DNA of 64,000 nucleotides from Mytilus californianus (Eukaryota), in the NCBI RefSeq assembly GCF_021869535.1, contig NW_026262690.1:186001-250000 (forward strand). The letters are read 5' to 3'. Positions 13,898 to 23,913 of this stretch are shown one piece after another (positions within the stretch are counted from its first letter, which is position 1; the number at the start of each line of letters is the position of its first letter). A model generated the notes under the pieces. The model was given only the letters and a program-made list of their open reading frames with translations. It was not told where the DNA came from and ran no database searches. A program made the translations under genes and the position numbers.

Positions 13898-14840
13898 CGT
13901 TATCAATTTCAAAGGCGCAACACGGTTTTATGCAATAACAAGTGTCGACACTGTCCCTTTACTCAAGTAAACAGAAGCTCTATATGCTTTTTGATTTGCA
14001 TAAAAAATGTGTAGACTAGATTCGCTAGTTTCCTCGTCATGGTTTGCAAAATAGTATCTCTGTAATTTAGGTTTCGAAGTTATCTATAAGATGTCATTCA
14101 CTACATCGTCCATGGGTTTTCAATTTCTTTCGGTAGTGTCTCGCCCCATGCATATTCTTTTCCCCAAATTTCTTGAATAAGTATTTTTGCTCTAATAGTG
14201 ATCGGTACGAGTAGTCCTAACGAATCACAAATAGCGGAAGACTGTCGCAAAAGTACATTTTTTGTCAATTGTGTGTCCTTGTTTAATTGTTTCGTTTCGG
14301 CAAAACTGAGTGTATCTGATACTGTATTCCAGTGCATACTTAATATTTTCGTCTCCTTGTCTGTGTCTAGTACTTTTCAGATGGGGCAAAATCTCTGAGT
14401 TTGTCGCTGTTTGACATCCATGACTGTAAGTTAAAGCCTCCCTTTTTATGTAAAAAGTCTCAGTCTGTCAGAGGCCTTCAAGTGGGGATATAAATTGAAT
14501 AAAAGAGTAAAGTACAAACAGGTGCACGAGAGGGAAAAAAAAGTTTAAGTATTCCACATTTAAATCAGCACACAAGATTTAGTCCTCTAGTTGTTTGTAT
14601 AATTTGATTTAGGCGTTTACAACCTTTGGCGACCTACAGTTTAAATGTGTGTACCACGTACGATATGACAACTGGGCGTTACAGTCGAACGTTCACCTAA
14701 TCAGACCCAGTCAATTGATAACCCTTGGCGCGCCAAGAAATGGTCATGATCACGCTGTTATGAAAATGATTCTATTTAACTGCTGCTTATTCGGAGAACA
14801 TGCTGGTAAGTTCATTATCAACACATAAGTCTTTATGTAG
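13898..14840 (-). mobile_element. BEL/Pao LTR retrotransposon B, 3' remnant (RT end to RNase H start), decayed
   Basis: Minus strand reads LHKDL(C)VDN at 14845-14810, GGFNLQSWMSNS, ORF 14101-14337 (HWNTVSD...SSAICDSLGLLVPITIRAKILIQEIW) and LHIF..ANQKAYRASVYL...NRVAPLKLIT ending at 13898. These are typical Pao RT/peptidase_A17 motifs. Confidence 0.9.
14446..14741. mobile_element. ~296-bp insertion in element B RT, containing a TGTAA...TTACA-bounded 235-bp segment (possible solo LTR)
   Basis: Removing it rejoins ...cgtgatcatgacc|aaagggaggctttaac (R-D-x-M-T-K-G-G-F-N, small indels). 14449-14683 starts TGTAA, ends TTACA and contains TATAAA and AATAAA. No TSD found. Confidence 0.5.
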
Positions 14841-14845
14841 AGTTG

Positions 14846-14985
14846 TGTAGTGCCGATAAGAGATATATATAAATACAGCCGTTCTAGTCAACAATCAAAT
14901 AACATATAGTTTCGACTTCCGCCCATGCCGACGTTCCGACGTAGACAAACAAAAGTACACTAACATATGAACGTTTTCTACGACA
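14846..14985 (-). repeat. 3' LTR of element A (140 bp)
   Basis: TG...CA termini. Aligns with 19877-20038 (shared aaatacagccgttctagtcaaca and ccgacgtagacaaacaaaagtaca blocks). Confidence 0.9.
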
Positions 14986-15099
14986 TTCTCTGGGCGCGGA
15001 AAATAAACACAATTTATAAAAAATCAATTTTCCTGTTACCAATTTATTGCTTTTAGAAATGAAATAATTCTCAACATTGTTCATGTGTAATTGCGGTTG

Positions 15100-18000
15100 A
15101 AAGTGAAATTAACTTTAAACTGTCAATATTAGATTTCACTAAAATTTAACTTTAACTTTCACAAATTACAAACTGGTGAATTCTTTCATTCGCTCGCACT
15201 GATGCTTCTCTTTTTGATAAAGTACGACATGTGTTTTCGTGAGATTTAGCGTGATCGTTAGAATCATTTGTTCGTACAAAGTCAGTTTTTAGATTCACTT
15301 CAATTGGATAGAGTTAAACAATGGGTTGCGTTGTGTGTCCTGTGCTAGTTAGCACTGCGGCAGAGCTAACGTGCTAGTTTCAATTTGTTTTTTGATAACA
15401 TGTCTTCATGAATATGCACGACATCACCAGTGCTGATTGCTCTTTCGTTGTTTCCTGTAGTCCGATGGAATTCTCGTATGACGTGAGATATTCCCTTTTC
15501 CAACGGTTGAAAAAAAATTGTCCAGTATGTTACTCTGTAGTTGTGCATGTTTAAAGATATCCGATTTTCCACTGCAAATATTTGTTATATCTTGATTGTC
15601 TGTTTGTGGATACGGGGTTGCAGTTATTTTCCTCCCATATAGCAGGTGTGTGGTGTCAAAGGCTCTTCGTCTGCGATGTTTGAAGAAACATATGTTAGGG
15701 GTCGTTCATTGATAATCGCTTCAATTTCTGTGATGATAGTTTGAAGTGTCTCCATAACTGACGTATAACCTACCAAGTGTCCTTCTCAAAAACGTTTTTG
15801 TCAAACCAATAAGACGCTCCCAAAAGCCTTCATTCGAAGGTGCGCGTCGTGGTATGAATTTCCATGTAGTTCCATTTTTTGCAAGCCGCCTGTACTTCAC
15901 AGTTGATGAATTTGTGAATTTCTCTATTGTGTTGGCTGCTGCTAGGTATGTAGACGCATTATCCAGATCATTGTACGAGGAAGAGATTTACGGCTAGTCA
16001 ATGTTCTAAATGACTGTATAAATGATTCATCTGTTAGGTCAGGTACTACTTCAAGATGACTGTAACGTGTTGAAGCACTCGTAAACAGGCAGATGAATAC
16101 TTTCCTCTCATTTCAATGTCTGTCCTTAACGTACAGGGGTCCTGCAAAGTCCACTCCAGTGTATGTAAAAGGCGGAGCTTCTGTTAATCTGATATTCGTC
16201 AATGGCCGCGGATCAGGTACTATGTATGGTTTTCCGCTGAGTTTTAGGCAACTTATGCATTTGTGTAGAACCTTCTTCACATACTGGCGAATGCACGGAT
16301 TCCAGTATGTTTTTTCACATCTGAGTTACTGTAGCTAATACTCCAGAATGCTTCAATCTTTCATGTACACCAGAACAACCAATCGAGTAAGTGGGTGGTC
16401 TCTAATTAATAAATAAGGGAATCTAGCAGTCTCTGTCAATGGTGCGTTGTGAATCTTTCCCCCGCAACGAATAGTTCCAGTTGTATCAAGAAATAGTCTT
16501 AACTGTTTCACGATCGACAATCTTTTGCTGTACTATTACTTAAAGTTTGCAATTTCCTCCGAGTATTGTCTTTGCTGACATTTCATTATGCATAGTTCCA
16601 TGGCATGTTGTACATGTTCGTAATTCACTAGTTGTAAGCTGGTTGGGTTTTCTCTGTGAATTTTGGAATTTTACAGTTGGCTACAAACCTTAGAATAAAG
16701 GCGGTCACTCGGATAGTTTTGAATAAAGTGCTGTACCGAGTAATGTCAATAATAATGTCAATTCCAGATTCATTTAGACTGTTACTTTCTTTTTTTTTGG
16801 TTGTTGGGTCGTCGTTGTTTTCGTGTTCTTCGAAGGATGATTATACGGTACTATCTGTGACTGTTGACATCCATGTCGGCCATTCTTCCTCATCGGTTAG
16901 CAATTCATGTCCGTTAAACCAGAGTGCGTTCTGAAAAAAAACTATTCCGCAGTCAATCCTCGAGTCAGTAAATCCGCTGGATTCTCTTTAGTTGGACAAT
17001 ATCTCCATTCATCCTGTGCAGTCAAATTTCGGATCCCATCAATTCTGTTTTGAACAAATCGTTTTAACTGTCTTGACGTATTCAACCAGTGTAGAACAAT
17101 TTTACTGTCTGACCAAAATACCACTCTGTTGATAGGTAGAGTAGTTCTGATGTTACTAGCGAGGCGAGCGCCAATAAATGCGGCCATAAGTTCTAATTGT
17201 TGAAGAGTCACCTTCTTTAGTGGTGCTACACGGTTCTTCGCCATTACTACTGCTGAATGTCTTCCATTACAAATATATGATAATGCTCAATATGCGTCCA
17301 TACTTGCATTGACGAAAATATGTAATTCATTGTGGTCCATAATAACTAACGAGCTTGTGAAATAGTGCCTTTCAATTTCTGCAGTTGATGTTATCTTTAA
17401 ATCTTTGACAAGTTTTATACATAGATGTTGTAGTTCTGCCGAGTGTATAATCTTGCATTAATGTTTTAGCACTCACAGTTATGGGGCTTAAAAGTACTAA
17501 CGGATCGTACATCCTTGATGACTGGCCTCAAATCTCCCGCTTTGTGATATTGCCGATTTCCTAGTTCAATTTTACTTCCGGAAAAGAAAGTTTGTATGTA
17601 ATTGTATCCCAACGTAGTCAAAGTATTTTCGTTTTGGTGTCTTTGTCAAGTACATTTTCAGATTGTGCAAGTTCTCGTAGATGGCTACTATTTGATATCC
17701 AAGAGCGAAGATCAAACCCAGCTTCTGACATTAACGATCTTGCTTCACAGAAATATGTAAGAGCATTCTTCTCGTTTTCAAGGCTTGACAAAACATTATC
17801 AACATACAAATCATTCTTCATGGTGGATGCAGTTTCCGTTTTGTATTTATCTAAGTATTTCAGTAATGCTGCATTTAAGATAAATGGAGAAATGTAGCGC
17901 CAAATAATACAGATTTAAACCTGTAAGTAGTCATTTTGCTTGTTTGATAGTTCGGATCGCTCAACCATAGGAAGCGTGTTACATCTCTGTCACTGTTGTC

Positions 18001-18695
18001 TAGGCCAACATGTAGAAAGGCTTTCTCGATATCTGTGCTTACTCAAATTTTGTTGAGTCGGAATCTCATCAGAATTTTGTTAGATCATTAAGTACTGGTG
18101 GTATTGGAATTAAACAGTCGTTTAAGCTGGCATGGTATGGCGATTGTCTGCAGCTCCAATCGTATACTATTCTAATGTTGTGGTAGCTGAGTTTTTTACA
18201 GCATGGTGAGGAATATAATGAGTTTTGACTGGATTTGTGTCTTCATTTACCTTTTCTATGAATCCTCTTTTCTCTTGCTCTTTAATAATATCCCCATATT
18301 TATGTAGTAACTATGGTTCTCAAAAAAAATCTTCTGGTTGTGCTCTCTGTTCTCGATTTAGCGATATAAAAATGTGATGGCAAGTCAGGGTGGTCCTGTT
18401 TCCATGGCAAATTGGCGTGGTACTGTCCATTTTCAAATCTCAGTGAAATCTGCTGATATGTATGTAGGTACTTTAAATATTCATCTGTTTCACCTGGATT
18501 TATCCCAAGTGGTTCTAGCTTCCAGAAGTTTTCAAAACTTTTCTCCTCCTTATGATGACTTGAAATAATATTCAAAAGGACGGGAGAAATTGATGAAGTC
18601 CAGTTATCCTTAACTGGTCCTGACAATGAATTGCCAATTTTCGAGCATACTGCTGTAGGTCCATCATCTCGTATCACCTTACCTTCCACTATCTT
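15100..18695 (-). pseudogene. Element A pol remnant (RT, RNase H, integrase), frameshifted
   Basis: GPTAVCSKIG (protease C-end); RFKSVLFGATFSP; NDLYVDNVLSS (17618-17821); NRVAPLKK..LELMAA..WSDSKIVLHW..NPADLLTRG (16942-17244); TGVDFAGPLYVK integrase near 16130-16170; LYPIEV near the 3' end. Many stops and frameshifts. Confidence 0.9.
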
Positions 18696-19850
18696 CCTTC
18701 ACAAAAAACGCAAGTATGTGTCCCTTTTGTCTGTTTATGGTCATAATGAGGTTGTTGTCTCGACTTTGCTCTGGCGAAAAAGGTAGCGGTCATCTGATTA
18801 TTTCCGTAATCTGTAGTCTGGCCTACTTCTAGAATTTCGATTTCTTTTACAATCGATTTGCATAATTCAATCAAAGAAATGTTGTCGCTGTCATGTTCTC
18901 GTGCGATGTTTTTGCAAATTTCAGCTGGGAGTTTTTCAAGTACTACCGGAATTAACAGTGCTCCGTACATCTCTTGCGTCAGACCTAATAATTGTAGTTC
19001 CCGGACATATGCTTCAAGTTTTTAAACTGTTGCTACGCTCTGCATTCCCATTAACGCTTTCATGTAACAATAAATTTTCTTGTAGGGCGATCCAAAACGC
19101 TCTTTGAGCAAATTTACGGCTGTGGTGTAATTGGCATTTGTATTAAAGTGCAAAACCTTCAATAATTTAAGCGGGATGACCATGGAGTTGGGCCTTCAAG
19201 AAACTAAATTTCTGTATCACTGTCAAATTACTGTTAAAATGAATACTTGATTCATACGAATTCCAAAAGGTTTGCCATTGTTAAATTTATCCGTCAAATT
19301 GCGGTAAATTTAGTTTAGTTAATCTGTCGTTTTGACTACTATTTGATACCGAAGAAAAGCCTCGGCTGTGCAATTTTTTTGTAGAATGCAAATCACGATG
19401 TGTATTTTGCACGGAGCGGAATTTATCAAAATGGGTTTGCTGTATATTAATTTCAGTTAAATTGCTGTGTATAACATTGTCGTTGGTAAGCGATGAATTT
19501 TTGGGGTAAGATGACGTAAAACTGTTTGCGTTTGGATCTAGAGACCTTGATGAGACATTTTGAGAAAGTGAATCAGTATGTGATATTTTTCTAATTTTCC
19601 GAAACTTGGACTCGAAATTAAACATAAACTCATCAGACTCTTGATTTTCTACCGCTACATCCTCATCCGACGTCAAATCCAGTATATTTTCATTCCAATC
19701 TACTATAGTCCTTTGTTTCTGTTCAATTGCATCCGATTTTACATCGTCTTTGTCTAAGTCCGAATTTTTTTCAATTTCATCAAATTTCTTTAATAAATTT
19801 GTAACTTGCCCTCTGTGTCCTGTCCGTACTGCTTTTAACTTTGATTCCAA
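18696..19850 (-). pseudogene. Element A gag remnant
   Basis: ORF 19287-19850 (ESKLKAVRTGHRGQ...RLTKLNLPQFDG; TTG start ~11 nt after the PBS) and 18689-18970 (LLIPVVLEKLP...CVFCEG). DUF1759-type Pao gag. Confidence 0.88.
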
Positions 19851-19860
19851 TATTTCCGAC

Positions 19861-19873
19861 AGTCACGGCACCA
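19861..19873 (-). promoter_or_regulatory. Primer binding site complementary to tRNA-His 3' end
   Basis: Minus strand TGGTGCCGTGACT directly after the 5' LTR; complementary to the eukaryotic tRNA-His(GUG) 3' end ...AGUCACGGCACCA. Confidence 0.85.
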
Positions 19874-19876
19874 AAA

Positions 19877-20038
19877 AGTAGTGGCGATAGGAGATATATA
19901 GAAATACAGCCGTTCTAGTCAACAGTTTGATAACATATACATGTAATTTCGACTCCCGCCCACGCCGAAGTCATTGACGTCCGACGTAGACAAACAAAAG
20001 TACATTAACATAGGAACGTAATTCGCGCTACCTTCACA
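19877..20038 (-). repeat. 5' LTR of element A (162 bp)
   Basis: Starts TG on the minus strand next to the TSD. Terminal CA is mutated to CT. Roughly 85-90% similar to the 3' LTR by eye, with indels. Confidence 0.88.
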
Positions 20039-20043
20039 AGTTG

Positions 20044-22690
20044 TAGCTACTTTGCTCGGATTCATCGATATATATTTTAGGAATGTCGCGTTTAAAATGA
20101 ACGGCGAACACGTCGCTCCAAAAAGTACAACTTTAAATCTGTACATTGTTAAGTCACGTGTTGATTCAGTTGAATCGGACAACCAAAAGAATCGTGTAGC
20201 GTTTTGGTCTTTATTTCAAGTTTGTCTTGTAAAAATGCCTTTTCTATGTCTGTTGTGATTCCATATTTTTCATATCTAAATCTTGAGAATGTTTGATAAT
20301 TTATTCAAAACAGGTGGTGTTGGAGCTAGGCAGTCATTAAGGCTGGGTAAATCTAGATTTCCATGGCAAATGCAGTCATATAAAATTCTAATTGGGGTCG
20401 TGTTTGATTCCTTCTTAACAGGATCGTGTGGTATGTAGTGGATTCGATCGATTTCTGTAGAGGGTACATGTTCTATGAAGACTTTAAAATCTCCTGATCT
20501 TTGATTATCTTTTTGTATAAATGTAATATATACGGGTCTTTAGCTAACCCAGCTGTAACATTCTTGGTCCTCATTCTTGATTTATATTCATTTGTAGGTA
20601 ACTCTGGGTGATCTAGTTTCCATGGAAGTTTGGCGACATATTTATTTTCCTTAAAAGTTATGCTACTCAAACAATAGGTTTTGTACATTTGTTATATTTT
20701 CAACAGAATCTGTCTCTTCTCCCCAAATTTCTGTAAAGCGCACTCCTTCGGTTTGTGTGCCACTAAATCATTCATCACCGTAGAGGTCCATTATCTAGTA
20801 TTAATACCTGTGTTCAGCGGTCCTGACAGCATATAGACTATTTTGGATTTAACCGCTGTTGGTCCGTCACCTCGGATAATTCATCTTCTACTAAAGTCTA
20901 AAGACCAGTAGTAATCTGCTCCAACGAGTAGTGAAATGTTGAACTTTTCATCGTGTGTGACGGTGTGGGCAAGTTGTAATCCTCGTAAATAGGACAAGCT
21001 GTTGATGTTTACACGTTTCTTCATATGTATCGGTTGGGGCAATTTATTGAACAATTATTACTTCCATTGGAATTCTTTCTTTTCTTTCGGTCTCAATCGA
21101 TATTGTCGCTTACTCCAGGTTGCGTACCTTATCTTCTTTCCCGACAAAAGCAGAAATTTGATTGCTTACTATACCACTCGGTATGATATGGAGTTTTCTT
21201 AAACTTCTTCAGAAATAAATGAGTTTTGTGTGCCTTCCATGAGTAGAATGTTAGTCAAAGCACTTTCGTCATGGTATCACTCGGGCGCTTCGGCAGTTTT
21301 TGGTAGAATTTCGGTAGGTGCTGTAACGGCAGAATGAATAGCGATGCTCTTTGTTTCTGTAGTACTCTTAGAAAATCTCCATTAGCAGGTTTTGTTAGGC
21401 TATATTATGCTTTATCTTCATTCGAAGTGGAATTTCTATTTTGTAAATTATTTCGGCAAATGCTACTATGATGTGTCTAACTCATCAGCAACTATATTGT
21501 GACTTACATTCCGAAACCTTATGATTACCGAAACTGTTAAAGCAAACTCTTTTTTTCCTGGACATGTGCGGCCGTTTATATCAGTGATATTTACATTCAT
21601 TTGGGTAATACGTGGTTTGACAAAACAAACACGGTCTTTTAGTCTTAAATGTACATTTGTCGTTACTATCTCTAGACCATGTTGACCCCCATCTTGTATT
21701 TGTAGTTTCTGTTTCCAACGATCGATGTGGTTGAGATAGTGTCGGTTTCAATGTGATTGGCATTAGCGGCCTCTTGTATACAAATTTCTTACTTTATTGC
21801 TTTTGCGTAAACTTGAGATATCCCAATCATCATCACCGTGGTCTCGAGTAATGTTTTGTCTGACTAAATTTGGAAATTTGTTGAGTATTAGTGGTATTAA
21901 TTGGCTTCGAGACGATTCTTGATATTGACCGATTCCTTCTAGTTCACGTATATAACTTTCCATTGTGTCAGTGAACGATTTTAGTCCTTTAATTCTGGGC
22001 GTTGGTGCAGGCAAATTTATTAAGTTTTGCATGTATGCGTATACAATTTTATGTTGTTGGCCACAATCTCGTGTAGAATTTGTATTGCTTGGTTATAATT
22101 TGTACTAGTAATTTGCATTCCCGATATACAATGGCTAATTTTCCGTAAAGTTGCGATTTCAGATAGTTTAATCTTTGTACGTCACTCAATGAAGGATTTT
22201 TATGTACGGCCGAATTATATGTATCCCAAAAAGTTGACCATTCTAGTTTATTTCCGCCAAAAGTAGGTAGGTTGATTTTAGGCAATATGTTCTGAGTTGA
22301 AATTTATCGGATTTTAATGTTCTTGCACCCTGGGGTTAGTGCATATGAAGTTTGGTGCTTGAGGGGTTAATGCGGATTGATTTTTTGACAGACTTACTTC
22401 TTTGAGATGTACCAATCTGTATCTCTAACTCGTATATGTCAACTTCTTCAATTTCTTCGTCGATGTCTTAATCTTGTTCAATAATTTCCGTAGTCTTCTC
22501 ATTAAAATCGGACAATGTGTTTTGCTTTGTTTTGATTAATTCCATGATGCATTTCAGGTTGACAACATCTTGTTGCGGTTCTTCTGTCTGGTCTCCTTTT
22601 TTCGAGGCTTTATTACTGCTCGTCGATGTGCTACTCGTACTGTTTTGAGTTGTGAACCATCTCTATTTGTTTTATTTATCTATTAAACTT
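20044..22690 (-). mobile_element. BEL/Pao element B, 5' part (gag, protease, RT N-part), decayed; 5' LTR not recognised
   Basis: PKINLPTFGGNKLEWSTFWDTYNSAVH (22049-22285); LIPLILNKFP; CLFC knuckle; degenerate protease (NILLMEGTQNSFISE; LLVGADYYW; GDGPTAVKSK); YRFKVVLFGATCSPFILNAT ending at the TSD. Confidence 0.9.
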
Positions 22691-22765
22691 GTTATACTTG
22701 TGAAAGAAAATATCGCCTTGCTAGTTGAGATGCCTCACGATTCTAAGATGCGTAGATACTATAAG

Positions 22766-23075
22766 TTATATGGTTCGCTACTGACCCCCTACGGATCCAT
22801 AAAGGGTTAGTATTTTTATTCACCCTCTATGGTCCGTAGGGGGTCAGTAGTGAACCGTATAACGAATTTATCGCACGCGAGACTTTTTCTGCAGCATTTT
22901 GTAGAAAAATAAACAATAAAATACAACAACATCAATAGATGACGTCACCATTAACAGAAGACGTGACGTCATGAACCCACTATAAAATTTACTAACCCCC
23001 TACGGATCTAAAGGGGGTCACCACGTGACGGTGTTGAACCAATCACAATGTAATAAATTACCCGCGGTGCGATAA
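22766..23075. mobile_element. Palindromic non-coding element (long hairpin plus internal inverted repeat), family unassigned
   Basis: ~41-bp arms 22766-22807 / 22822-22862 (ggttcgctactgaccccctacgga.. / ..tccgtagggggtcagtagtgaacc). ttatcgcac 22868 / gtgcgataa 23075. A third half-copy of the arm lies near 22990-23020. Confidence 0.6.
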
Positions 23076-23164
23076 GTAACAATAGCGCTACGTTACATTA
23101 CAATAGTGCGTGGGAAACAATTACATAACATAATGTTCTAAAGTCTTTTGGCCCATTTTCACGA

Positions 23165-23415
23165 CACCCAGAAGGTTCTAACCCCCGAAAAAGAATTTCA
23201 TTTGGCCCTACTCTGATTTATTACCTTTTATTTCCTTTTTGAAGATTGCCGAAAAAATGAACGGTGGACACGTGAAAAATAAATTTAACACCAAGTTTGA
23301 ACCACATCAATTTTCCTGAAGGTTCTAACCCCCAAAAAATATATTTCTTCCTCTGAATTATTACCTTTCAGTTGTGCCATGTACGGTGACTAAATTTGCC
23401 GTACAGTTCTGGTCA
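23165..23415 (+). repeat. Two highly degenerate satellite monomers (B-like), plus orientation
   Basis: aagtttgaaccacatcaattttcc...ttattacctttcagttgtgccatgtacggtgactaaatttgccgtac resembles the monomer core. Confidence 0.7.
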
Positions 23416-23913
23416 TGCTTGCATAGATAATGCGAGAAAATGTACACTAACTTAGAAACTACTAAGGATTGGAGGGTTCAAAGTTTATGTTTCTTTTTTT
23501 ATTCTTTTTTAATAGTTGAAATGTCCACCGTACATTCGTCTCACTATTTTCTGTCTTTGTATACAGTGTCCTACTGGTAAGATTAACATACAGCTAGTTG
23601 AATTGAAAGCTTGTCCAAGCCCCTTTTATTCATAATAATGTCTGGGTGGAAAAGTGCACCAGAAACTCACAACAATATAACCAAATTTTCATTTTGCAGC
23701 ACAGCGGTGGTGGCAGGAATCGCTATCCTCCCATTTCGATACTGCAAAGTTTTTCACCACAGGTGGTTAGATTGAAAACTACTATACATATCTTCAACAC
23801 ATATGAAGACCTGGGTTGGAAAATGCACATGATGACTTCACTGGTCGCCAAAAGAATGCGTTAACTATCAATTATGGGTATAGCCACATTTTTCAGTTTT
23901 TATGTACAGTTCC

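Larger units (their letters stand above)
14846..20038 (-). mobile_element. BEL/Pao LTR retrotransposon A, two LTRs, internally deleted and decayed, nested in element B
   Basis: Two related LTRs, PBS, purine tract (ccgcgcccagagaa then TGT), gag-RT-RNaseH-integrase order. 5-bp TSD AGTTG at 14841-14845 and 20039-20043. Confidence 0.95.

Noticed and set aside
19861-19873. tRNA-His gene
   Set aside because: Only 13 nt complementary to the tRNA 3' end, next to an LTR. It is a PBS.
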